From IMG/VR virus record IMGVR_UViG_3300047554_000382, positions 1-63,211 of that record: a stretch of DNA of 63,211 bases; one strand, written 5' to 3'. This DNA comes from a virus (lineage: Duplodnaviria > Caudoviricetes). The notes below the pieces were generated by a model, which had not been told where the DNA came from, did no database searches, and saw nothing but the letters and a program-made list of their open reading frames with translations. Positions 1-8,465 of this stretch are shown one piece after another. A program made the translations under genes and the position numbers. How positions within the stretch are numbered: the stretch's first letter is position 1; every line of letters starts with the position of its first letter.

Positions 1-1
1 T

Positions 2-919
2 AAGTCTAGCCAAGTTGAGCAACTGGGCCGTTTATTTTGTAACGGAGCCATTCATCCCGGCGATCACTTTATCTTTACTGATGCTTGGCACCCTGGTATC
101 ATAAACTTAAAGTACATGAGTGAACTGCTGGACATCCCGGTAGTCACGCATGGATTATGGCATGCCGGTAGTTATGATCCACAAGACTTTTTAGGACGTC
201 TAATCGGACCTGCTCGCTGGGTTCGTCATGCAGAGAAAAGTTTCTTTCATTGCTTCGATCATAACTACTTTGCTACAGAATTTCACGTTAAGTTATTCTT
301 CGATGAACTTCTACACGACAGTGTTCCGTTCGACAATCCTTGGTACGAAGAAGAATGGCGAGATCGTTACACAGACAACAATGGTAAAATTGTTCGAAGT
401 GGATGGCCCATGGAGTATATGGAAGATACTCTAACTCCTTACAAGGGAATGACAAAAAGAAATCTTATTTTGTTTCCTCACCGGATCGCTCCTGAAAAGC
501 AGGTGGAAATCTTTAGAGATTTAAAGCACCATCTTCCACAATATGAATTTGCAGTTTGTCAAGACCAACAACTGACAAAGAATGAATATCATAATATGTT
601 AGGTGAAGCTAAACTAGTGTTTAGTGCTAACCTACAAGAAACACTCGGTATTAGTTGGTATGAGGGTGCTATCGTAGATGCTATCCCTATGGTACCAGAT
701 CGTTTAAGTTATTCGGAGATGGCATTTGATACATTTAAGTATCCCAGTGCCTGGACTGAAAGCTACGAAGCATATATCGCACACAGACCAGAAATATGTC
801 ATAAGATTATCCAGTACATGGAAAACTACGAAAAGTTTTTACCTCAATTAAAAAAACAAAAGGAGGCATTAAGTGACGAATTCTTCTCAGCCAAAGAACT
901 TATCAGAAGAATTAGCTAG
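2..919 (+). CDS. GT-B fold glycosyltransferase (5'-truncated)
   Basis: Frame is open from base 2 (KSSQVEQLG...). C-terminal GT4-like motifs: ILFPHRIAPEKQ, ANLQETLGISWYEG, PDRLSYSEM. Confidence 0.7.
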   Translation, partial: KSSQVEQLGRLFCNGAIHPGDHFIFTDAWHPGIINLKYMSELLDIPVVTHGLWHAGSYDPQDFLGRLIGPARWVRHAEKSFFHCFDHNYFATEFHVKLFFDELLHDSVPFDNPWYEEEWRDRYTDNNGKIVRSGWPMEYMEDTLTPYKGMTKRNLILFPHRIAPEKQVEIFRDLKHHLPQYEFAVCQDQQLTKNEYHNMLGEAKLVFSANLQETLGISWYEGAIVDAIPMVPDRLSYSEMAFDTFKYPSAWTESYEAYIAHRPEICHKIIQYMENYEKFLPQLKKQKEALSDEFFSAKELIRRIS

Positions 920-1265
920 TATAATCTCCGACGAGATTACGATTACTCTAGATAGTAATATGTCTTCTGGACAGTTTTCCTGTAGTGACACAATAACACT
1001 TGGGCCCTTTACGGCCGCTGGTGCTCAACCTACATACACATTTGCAAGTGGTGCATCATCTATGGTTGGGGTCAATTCAGTGTCTATAGATAATTCTTCG
1101 TTCATTTTTAACCTACCGGAAGAATGGGTTGATGCATTTCCTGATTGGGATCGAGTTCAAGATATGTGTAAACAGTATCCTGGGTTAGATGTTGCTCTTA
1201 GAAATTTTCAAACTGTTTATAACCTTGTGAAAGACGATTATGATAATCCAGTACCTAAAAGATAA
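873..1265 (+). CDS. hypothetical protein
   Basis: ORF tightly packed between neighbours; Ser/Thr-rich N-terminus; start uncertain. Confidence 0.55.
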   Translation: MTNSSQPKNLSEELASIISDEITITLDSNMSSGQFSCSDTITLGPFTAAGAQPTYTFASGASSMVGVNSVSIDNSSFIFNLPEEWVDAFPDWDRVQDMCKQYPGLDVALRNFQTVYNLVKDDYDNPVPKR

Positions 1266-1719
1266 ATTTTTCTCGTTTTTAGAACGCCATGACCGTAAAC
1301 GTGTTATTATGGATAGAGTAGACCATGAACCTTATTTGGAAAGGTATTATATTTTTCTTAAAGAGCGCAAGCACTTCCCCTTCAATGTATTCATACATAA
1401 ATTTCTTAAATCAGACCCCGATGATGTGCATGATCATCCATGGCCTTACGCTACCCTAATCCTTAAAGGCGGATACTATGAATGGATTCCTCAGTTTAAT
1501 GAACAAGGCCAAAAAATTGGTGAGATTGCAAAGTGGCGAGCTCCAGGTCATTTTCGTTTTTGTAGTGCTACTAGTTATCACCGGATTGAATTAGATCCCA
1601 GTGTTGAATGCTGGACATTGTTTATGCCAGGACCGCAACGTAGAGAATGGGGGTTTCTTGTAAAGAATAAATGGATTCACAATGAGCAATACCTTCACCA
1701 ACGCAAATCTAGTATCTAA
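1240..1719 (+). CDS. cupin-fold protein
   Basis: Cupin metal motif HDHPW...LKGGYYE...YHRIEL...WTLF. Confidence 0.65.
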   Translation: MIIQYLKDKFFSFLERHDRKRVIMDRVDHEPYLERYYIFLKERKHFPFNVFIHKFLKSDPDDVHDHPWPYATLILKGGYYEWIPQFNEQGQKIGEIAKWRAPGHFRFCSATSYHRIELDPSVECWTLFMPGPQRREWGFLVKNKWIHNEQYLHQRKSSI

Positions 1720-1996
1720 CGGAATCACTGCTAGTTGGGCTAACACTAGTATTACTGCTAACCCAGTATTAACTATACCTGCAGATGGGGCTTCTTTAGA
1801 AGTCAAAGGCAAAATGATATTGAACGGTGTAGATTTAGACGAAAGGTTAAAAAATATCGAGCAGGTCTTGATGATTCCTGAAAGAGATGTTATACTAGAA
1901 TCTAAGTATCCAAAACTTAAAAAAATGTATGACGAATACATCAAAGAATTATCCAAGGCAAGAATGTGGGAATCATTAAAAGGGGAAAATGCATGA
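1682..1996 (+). CDS. hypothetical protein
   Basis: Overlaps neighbours in operon fashion; stop overlaps the next ATG (ATGA). Confidence 0.6.
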   Translation: MSNTFTNANLVSNGITASWANTSITANPVLTIPADGASLEVKGKMILNGVDLDERLKNIEQVLMIPERDVILESKYPKLKKMYDEYIKELSKARMWESLKGENA

Positions 1997-2196
1997 AAGA
2001 ATTTATTATCAAAGACACACCTGGATTTCAACTGAAAATTAAAAAATGGGAATGTCTGGCTCCTCAAGGTCTTTATGCTGTGAACTTTATTCAAGCCACT
2101 AAAGACCAAGACGGAAATATAGACAACGAATCAACATATGAGTTTTTCTTAGACTATAAAGATCTAACTCAAATCGCTGGGGCTTTAATTGAATGA
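1993..2196 (+). CDS. hypothetical protein
   Basis: Start moved to ATG 1993 (ATGA overlap, purine-rich upstream); ATGA-coupled to the next gene. Confidence 0.6.
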   Translation: MKEFIIKDTPGFQLKIKKWECLAPQGLYAVNFIQATKDQDGNIDNESTYEFFLDYKDLTQIAGALIE

Positions 2197-2741
2197 AGAA
2201 AGTTTATTACAGCTGGAGTCAAGTCGAAGGAGCATGTCTAGACATTGCTCGCCAAATGTCAGCACACGATTGGAAGCCTGACTATATTGTAGGTATTACC
2301 CGCGGTGGACTGATTCCAGCTAACTTGCTAAGTCAATTCACTGGTATTAAGATGCACACGCTTAATGTCAGTCTTCGTGATGGCGACGGTGGTGAAAGCA
2401 ACTTATGGATGGCTGAAGATGCAATCGGTGTAGTTCCCACAGAACATAGTGCAGAGTTCGGCGGTCAAAAGCATATTGAGAAACTTAAAAAGAAAATCCT
2501 TATTGTTGACGACATAAACGATACAGGTGCTACTATTAACTGGATTAAGAAAGACTGGCCGAGTGGTTGCTTTCCTAGTTCCGACGAATGGAATCAAGTA
2601 TGGGGAGATAATGTTCGCTTTGCTACATTAACCCATAATCTCGGAAGTGAATTTAAAGATCCTGACTATCATGTATGGACTGTGGATAAACGCGAAGATG
2701 ATTGCTGGCTAGTTTATCCCTGGGAGGATTTTTGGCTATGA
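2193..2741 (+). CDS. type I phosphoribosyltransferase (xanthine/guanine PRT-like)
   Basis: IVGITRGGLIPA, PRPP loop ILIVDDINDTGAT, and C-terminal WLVYPWE, all typical of the Gpt family. Confidence 0.85.
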   Translation: MKKVYYSWSQVEGACLDIARQMSAHDWKPDYIVGITRGGLIPANLLSQFTGIKMHTLNVSLRDGDGGESNLWMAEDAIGVVPTEHSAEFGGQKHIEKLKKKILIVDDINDTGATINWIKKDWPSGCFPSSDEWNQVWGDNVRFATLTHNLGSEFKDPDYHVWTVDKREDDCWLVYPWEDFWL

Positions 2742-3139
2742 TTCCGTTACGTGACGATCTAATGGTTCAACAACAAATTAAAAATAGTTGGGAGCATATG
2801 GTCGGTGTAATCATGCTAAATCAAACTGGACGTAAGCCTGTAAAAACAGTTTTACCGAAGTTTCTTGAACGTTGGCCAACTCCAGAAGCTGTTCTAAGGA
2901 GTCGCCTAATTGACATAGAAGAAATCATCAAACCGTTGGGCATGTATAAAATCAGAGCAAGACGTTTATACAAGATGAGTCTAGACTATCTCAAATGGGA
3001 TGGGGTCGATGCCACAGACTTGTACGGTATTGGTAAGTACGGATCGGATAGTTATGAAATTTTCTTTAAGCAAAATTATTCTGTACAGCCTACAGATAAA
3101 GAATTAAAGAGATATTTGGAGGAAGAAATTGATTACTGA
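2738..3139 (+). CDS. HhH DNA glycosylase, MBD4-like
   Basis: IMLNQT...FLERWPTPE...IKPLGMY..RA...LYGIGKYGSDSY; start ATG 2738 with GGAGG upstream. Confidence 0.8.
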   Translation: MIPLRDDLMVQQQIKNSWEHMVGVIMLNQTGRKPVKTVLPKFLERWPTPEAVLRSRLIDIEEIIKPLGMYKIRARRLYKMSLDYLKWDGVDATDLYGIGKYGSDSYEIFFKQNYSVQPTDKELKRYLEEEIDY

Positions 3140-3509
3140 CTTAGAAAGGGCATTAGATGAAAAACGAGCACCATGGACAGAAATTGAATATCGAACCAAA
3201 GACTTCTGGGTCTTCAGAGACGCTTATCCAGTTTCGGAAGGACATTTGTTGTTTGTGCCAACCGAGGAACGCTTTGAAAACATCATGGAGTGCTACAAAT
3301 CTGCATACAAATTCGGATACGAAGGAGTCGTATCGGAAAAGTGGCATGCTTTTAACATCGGGCAAAACTGTGGCGAGGCTGCTGGCCAAACTATAATGTA
3401 TCCGCATATTCATATGATTCCTCGAAGAAGAGGAGATATGGATGATCCTAGAGGCGGTGTAAGGCACGTTATACCAGAAAAAGGCAATTACAGGAAAAAT
3501 AATGTATAA
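3129..3509 (+). CDS. HIT family nucleotide hydrolase
   Basis: DAYPVSEGHLLFVP; NIGQNCGEAAGQT; histidine triad variant YPHIHMIPR. Confidence 0.9.
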   Translation: MITDLERALDEKRAPWTEIEYRTKDFWVFRDAYPVSEGHLLFVPTEERFENIMECYKSAYKFGYEGVVSEKWHAFNIGQNCGEAAGQTIMYPHIHMIPRRRGDMDDPRGGVRHVIPEKGNYRKNNV

Positions 3510-3861
3510 TTTAATTTTTTTCTTACTGCTGTCATTGTTTATTAAACATTGGTATATCGACTTTGTTAATCAAAATGATGCTGAAGTACAATCAAAAGGC
3601 ATATATCTACACCCAACAGGATTAGGCCATAGTTTAAAGCACGGTGGTGCTACGTCTCTAATATTTTTTATATTTGGATTTAGTTTTATCTACAGCTTAG
3701 TTATAGGTATTTTAGATTTTTTAATTCATTATCATGTAGACTGGACGAAAATGAATTATGGCAACAGAGATATTAGAACTCCACAATTTTGGAATCACTT
3801 AGGTCTCGATCAGCTTGCTCACTATATAACATATTTGTGGATTGTTTGGATTTCTCTATGA
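3502..3861 (+). CDS. membrane protein, DUF3307-like
   Basis: Hydrophobic helices with KHWYIDF, HSLKH, HYHVDWTK and GLDQLAH motifs. Confidence 0.65.
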   Translation: MYNLIFFLLLSLFIKHWYIDFVNQNDAEVQSKGIYLHPTGLGHSLKHGGATSLIFFIFGFSFIYSLVIGILDFLIHYHVDWTKMNYGNRDIRTPQFWNHLGLDQLAHYITYLWIVWISL

Positions 3862-4658
3862 ATTTTTTTAGTCATGTTAGAATTGGCATTATTGGTTTAG
3901 GTTTTGTTGGTAATGCTATTCGAGACAATATCAGCTCATATGCAGACTTAGTCTGCATAGACACAGATTCAACTAAAGGGTATACTGGTACATACGATGA
4001 CCTAAAAGACTGTGATGGTGTTTTTATCTGCGTACCAAGTCCCTCAGACGATCAAGGCAACTGTGATACTTCAATATTAGAATCTGTTCTTAGGAAGCTA
4101 GAAGATTTTAAAGGTGTTATAATTTCAAAGGTAACTGCACCGCCCGATGCATATTCTAAATTATCTAAAGAATATGATAATCTAGTATATTCGCCAGAAT
4201 TCTTGACTGCTAGAAATGCGAGTCGAGACTATGCTCAACAAACATGGGTCATAATCGGTGGTGGAACTAAAGCATATCAACATGAAGCGGCTAGACTAAT
4301 TAAAGAAACTAAGAGCAACTTAGAAACAGTAACCTACTGTAGTATAGAAGAAGCCAGCCTTGTAAAATATCTAATAAATTCGTATTTGGCTACCAAAGTA
4401 GTCTTTATGAATGAACTAGCAGAACTAGCTCAACGAACGAACTGTGATTGGAAAATGATACAACAATGCATGTCATTGGATAATCGAATCGGACCTACGC
4501 ATACGGATGTTCCAGGACACGACGGTTTCAAAGGTTTTGGAGGGCATTGTTTTCCAAAGGATACATCTGCGTTGATACAGTTTGCAGAAAATAATGATGT
4601 TAGCTTAAACATCTTAAAAGAAGCTGTGAGAAAAAATCTACTGTTACGGTTGACCTAA
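3858..4658 (+). CDS. ugd: UDP-glucose/GDP-mannose 6-dehydrogenase family (short form)
   Basis: Rossmann GLGFVG, FICVPSP, YSPEFL, KYLINSYLATKV, catalytic GFGGHCFPKD; start at ATG 3858. Confidence 0.85.
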   Translation: MNFFSHVRIGIIGLGFVGNAIRDNISSYADLVCIDTDSTKGYTGTYDDLKDCDGVFICVPSPSDDQGNCDTSILESVLRKLEDFKGVIISKVTAPPDAYSKLSKEYDNLVYSPEFLTARNASRDYAQQTWVIIGGGTKAYQHEAARLIKETKSNLETVTYCSIEEASLVKYLINSYLATKVVFMNELAELAQRTNCDWKMIQQCMSLDNRIGPTHTDVPGHDGFKGFGGHCFPKDTSALIQFAENNDVSLNILKEAVRKNLLLRLT

Positions 4659-4678
4659 CCTAAATAAACCTATATAAT
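4650..4678 (+). promoter_or_regulatory. sigma70-type promoter with embedded TAAATA late box, upstream of folE
   Basis: TTGACC (4650-4655), 17 nt, TATAAT (4673-4678); TAAATA at 4661-4666. Confidence 0.7.
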
Positions 4679-4711
4679 AACTAATAGACATCCACGTCTA
4701 AAACTCGGAGA

Positions 4712-5467
4712 ATGAAATATATGTCAAATAAAAAAGAAACAGGCCTGGACGCAATGGCAGGCGATGGCGGATATCAAGAAGCGTATCTAGCAGACGTAAT
4801 CCGTTTCAAAATGAAACGTGATAACAAGCGTTTCTGGGCTGGTGATAATATCAGTGATTATGTCACTGAAGAAATGAAACACAAACTAATCGACGAAGCA
4901 ACAGAAGCATTTGAACTAGTGCTTGATCGTTTGCTGATTGATCGCGAAAACGATCCCAACTCGCACGGTACAGCGAAGCGTCTTGCTAAAATGTACTTCA
5001 ATGAAATAATGGCAGGAAGATATGACCCAGCACCAGACGCAACCGCATTTCCAAACGATTCGGAGGACCGCTACGAAGGTATGTTGGTTGTTCGCAGTGA
5101 GCTTCGCAGTATGTGTAGCCATCATCACCAACCCGTTAGTGGCGTTGCTTATATTGGCATTATTGCGGCTGAGAAACTTATCGGTCTTTCAAAGTACACA
5201 AGAATCGCACAGTGGTGTGCAAGACGTGGTACTCTCCAGGAGGAGCTTGCTAATGATATCGCCCGCGAAATACAAAAAGCCACAGGAGCCAAAGATGTAG
5301 GTGTTTACATCCAAGCCGTTCACGGATGTTGCGAAAACCGTGGCATCATGGCACATAGTAGTCTAACACAAACTACAGTCTTAAAAGGATCTTTCAAAGA
5401 CGATCCTGGCACAAAGAAGGAATTCTTTGACAATATCAAACTGCAACAGGATTTTGCACCTCGATGA
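4712..5467 (+). CDS. folE: GTP cyclohydrolase I
   Basis: SMCSHHHQP, IGLSKYTRIA, RRGTLQE, HGCCENRG; start may be 4721. Confidence 0.95.
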   Translation: MKYMSNKKETGLDAMAGDGGYQEAYLADVIRFKMKRDNKRFWAGDNISDYVTEEMKHKLIDEATEAFELVLDRLLIDRENDPNSHGTAKRLAKMYFNEIMAGRYDPAPDATAFPNDSEDRYEGMLVVRSELRSMCSHHHQPVSGVAYIGIIAAEKLIGLSKYTRIAQWCARRGTLQEELANDIAREIQKATGAKDVGVYIQAVHGCCENRGIMAHSSLTQTTVLKGSFKDDPGTKKEFFDNIKLQQDFAPR

Positions 5468-6135
5468 CACACTGTCTTAAACCTATGACTGTTGACGAAA
5501 TCAATACTTTGTTAGGCAAAGATTTCGTCAAGACTTTCCAAAAAGAAATGGATCTAATTATTAATCCTTTACGAAAGTATATTGCCAAAGGATATCCACT
5601 TGCTTTAGGTAAAGAACAATGGGAATACGTTGTTGCTGAAAGTATTCCCAAAGCAGTATGGTGCGGGGCTGGTAAAAGCATTATCGATGTCAAAGTAGGT
5701 AATAAAGGAATTGACGTCAAGGGTGTTAGCAAACAAGACAAATCAAAGTCAACGACTGAAGCTAGTATGTATCAAACGTTTCAAGAAGAGACCAAGGCCT
5801 ACTTCAATACTAAAGATACTAAAAAGATCTGGGGTTTGTTTGTGGACGGTTGGCTTGAAAAAGTCCGTAGCGTAAAAGAATACTATTTAATTGGTATTGT
5901 TCGAGAAAAGGAAACTTTAAACTGTTCTCTTTGTTGTTTCAAAGTTGATAATACTAATTTACTCTATGAAGACTCTGCTTGTAATTTTACCAACAAGTCT
6001 ATGAAAGTTTCGGGCATCGGTGATCCTGACTTCTTAGAAACAAGAGTGTATAGTAGCAAGACTCGACTCGAAATTAAATTTAAAGATGCTGTTTGGAAAA
6101 ATCCTAAATACTGTCTTCAAATTTACAAATATTAA
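5464..6135 (+). CDS. putative PD-(D/E)XK, restriction-endonuclease-like protein
   Basis: E..WE helix followed by IIDVKVGNKGIDVKG (D-x9-D-x-K arrangement); basic, 223 aa. Function inferred. Confidence 0.45.
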   Translation: MTHCLKPMTVDEINTLLGKDFVKTFQKEMDLIINPLRKYIAKGYPLALGKEQWEYVVAESIPKAVWCGAGKSIIDVKVGNKGIDVKGVSKQDKSKSTTEASMYQTFQEETKAYFNTKDTKKIWGLFVDGWLEKVRSVKEYYLIGIVREKETLNCSLCCFKVDNTNLLYEDSACNFTNKSMKVSGIGDPDFLETRVYSSKTRLEIKFKDAVWKNPKYCLQIYKY

Positions 6136-6143
6136 GGAATTAT

Positions 6144-6473
6144 ATGAATTGGTTTGATCGGTGGTTTTATAAGCAGGCTAAAAAGGCTTGGGAAAATAAA
6201 GACAGTTACGAAGAAGAACGCTACGTTAACAAAGCGAAATTGCAAGGGGGATTACAATTGGGAACAGCAATGGCAATTGAAAAGGGCCGAGCAGAAGGTG
6301 AGAATCGTATTACTTTTGAATTATCATCGGCGGTTGGTGGTAAAATCTTAAATGTAAGACACTACGATGAACGCAAAGACAGACACGAAAGCCAAACATA
6401 CGTTATTCCCAGCGGGGAAGACATTGGCGAACGTGTAGCAAAAATTATCAACTTGGAAATGTTTAAGCAATGA
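6144..6473 (+). CDS. hypothetical protein
   Basis: AAGGA ribosome-binding site; ATGA overlap with queE. Confidence 0.65.
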   Translation: MNWFDRWFYKQAKKAWENKDSYEEERYVNKAKLQGGLQLGTAMAIEKGRAEGENRITFELSSAVGGKILNVRHYDERKDRHESQTYVIPSGEDIGERVAKIINLEMFKQ

Positions 6474-7348
6474 GTAAAATTAAAATCGCAGAATTATTTT
6501 ATAGTATCCAAGGTGAAGGACGTTACATGGGTGTACCGTCTGTTTTCTTACGTACATTCGGCTGTAACTTCAAGTGTGCTGGCTTCGGTATGGAGAGAGG
6601 TATACTGAGTGCAGAAGCAGAACAGTTGGCGTTGGTACACGAAGTTACACCATTTAAACGTTACGAAGAACTTCCACTTGTTAGCACAGGCTGTGATAGT
6701 TATGCATCATGGCATCCTAGTTTTAAGGATCTAAGTCCAATGCTAACTACTGACGCTATTGTAGATCGCACTATGGAAATCCTTCCCTTTAACGAATGGC
6801 GTGACGAACACTTAGTTATCACAGGTGGTGAGCCGTTGTTAGGTTGGCAACGTGCTTATCCAGATCTACTGTCGCATGAGAAAATGAAAGGTCTTAAAGA
6901 AATTACCTTTGAAACTAACGGCACTCAAGAACTTTCAAAAGAATTTAGACATTACCTATTAGACTGGACACTCAATCCTAGAGGTACTCCTGGCGGCAAG
7001 AGAGGCTACGAGGCTCTAACATTTAGTGTTAGTGCTAAACTTCCTTGTAGCGGTGAAAAATGGGAAGATGCTATTAAACCAGAAGTAGTTTGTAGCTATG
7101 AGGAAATTGGTCATACATATCTTAAATTTGTTGTTGCTACAGAACAAGACTTTGCTGATGCAGAATGTGCTATCGGTGCATATCGTAAGGCCGGTTTCAG
7201 AGGCCATGTATACCTTATGCCAGTAGGCGGCGTTGAAAGCGTTTACGCTCTTAACAATCGTCGTGTAGCAGAACTAGCAATGAAGAACGGTCTTCGTTAT
7301 AGTGATAGACTGCAAGTGCCATTATTTAAAAATGAGTGGGGAACTTAA
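6470..7348 (+). CDS. queE: 7-carboxy-7-deazaguanine synthase (radical SAM)
   Basis: ELFYSIQGEG, VFLRTFGCNFKC...GCDS, VITGGEPL, FETNGT, LQVPLF. An insertion separates the 2nd and 3rd cysteines. Confidence 0.92.
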   Translation: MSKIKIAELFYSIQGEGRYMGVPSVFLRTFGCNFKCAGFGMERGILSAEAEQLALVHEVTPFKRYEELPLVSTGCDSYASWHPSFKDLSPMLTTDAIVDRTMEILPFNEWRDEHLVITGGEPLLGWQRAYPDLLSHEKMKGLKEITFETNGTQELSKEFRHYLLDWTLNPRGTPGGKRGYEALTFSVSAKLPCSGEKWEDAIKPEVVCSYEEIGHTYLKFVVATEQDFADAECAIGAYRKAGFRGHVYLMPVGGVESVYALNNRRVAELAMKNGLRYSDRLQVPLFKNEWGT

Positions 7349-7776
7349 TGAAAAAATTTATAGAAAAACTGTTTGGCTTTGACAAGATCAAGGAAGCGAA
7401 AGCTCAAGCGGAAAAATTAAAACAAGAAGCAATAGAAGCTGCCGAGGAAGCTAAACGTATTGCCGAGGAAGCTAAACTTTCACCCAAAGAGTTAGCTACA
7501 AAAAGAGGTCAGCCGTGGGTGGCAGTATTAGACACAAAAGTTAATCCAGAAAATCCAAGAAACGGTTTTTTTGAGTTAGACTGGAATGAGTATTTTGTAG
7601 AACAATTAATTAAGGCAGGCTACGGATTAGAAAACGATCCCCAAGAAGAAATAGTTGATCGTTGGTTTAGAGATCTTGCGAGAAATATCCTTGCCGAAGA
7701 AGGACAAGATGTAACAAGAGGCGCAGGATTTATTAATGTCGTACCAATCGCCAAAGGCAAATCAGAGGTAAGCTAA
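7348..7776 (+). CDS. conserved phage hypothetical protein
   Basis: TAATG overlap with queE; coiled coil followed by GFFELDWN. Confidence 0.65.
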   Translation: MKKFIEKLFGFDKIKEAKAQAEKLKQEAIEAAEEAKRIAEEAKLSPKELATKRGQPWVAVLDTKVNPENPRNGFFELDWNEYFVEQLIKAGYGLENDPQEEIVDRWFRDLARNILAEEGQDVTRGAGFINVVPIAKGKSEVS

Positions 7777-8465
7777 TGAGAATAGCAAGGATGAAGAGCA
7801 TGCATCCGTTGACAGAATATTCTCCTAGTTGGGATATTTCTTTCGGAGTAGGCCATTGGAAAGATGCTGAAAAAATTGACACTATAAGAGAATGGCTGAT
7901 CGAAAACGAAAGCCGAATCTTAGATACAGTTCCTTTACATCACGATGGTGGCACTGGTCTAGGAGAAAATAGTGTAACTAGCAGATTTGGCAGATATAAT
8001 CTTTTAAATTTTCAAGACGAGTTACCAGAATTAGCCGAACTACTAAAGTTTTTTAGGATTTCATATTTGGATTATGTTAGCCAAGATAACAGCGAAATTC
8101 GAGATGTGGATATCGTTTGTTGGTTTAATAAACTAAAAACGGGCGAACATATCAAAGAGCACTCCCATGGTGCAGGTAACGATGCGTATCTAAGTGGCAA
8201 CATCCATCTTGACAACTACGCTACAAACACGTATTATACTAATGTGTTTGATCGAAATGTCCAATTTGTGCCAGGCAACTATAAGGGCGGGCTGTCAATT
8301 TTTCCAAGTTGGGTTCCCCACCATACTGATGAACATAAAGAAGACAACTTTAGACTAAGCATAGCATTTGATCTAAGACTGAATGATAATGCAGAGAATA
8401 AGGAACTGCATGCCATTCCGTTTATGAATCATGAAATTTATGAAACCTTAATTAAAGGATTGTAA
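7776..8465 (+). CDS. 2OG-Fe(II) oxygenase (TIGR02466-like)
   Basis: CWFN...EHSHG...YLSGNIHL...IFPSWVPHHT...RLSIAFD. Confidence 0.75.
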   Translation: MRIARMKSMHPLTEYSPSWDISFGVGHWKDAEKIDTIREWLIENESRILDTVPLHHDGGTGLGENSVTSRFGRYNLLNFQDELPELAELLKFFRISYLDYVSQDNSEIRDVDIVCWFNKLKTGEHIKEHSHGAGNDAYLSGNIHLDNYATNTYYTNVFDRNVQFVPGNYKGGLSIFPSWVPHHTDEHKEDNFRLSIAFDLRLNDNAENKELHAIPFMNHEIYETLIKGL

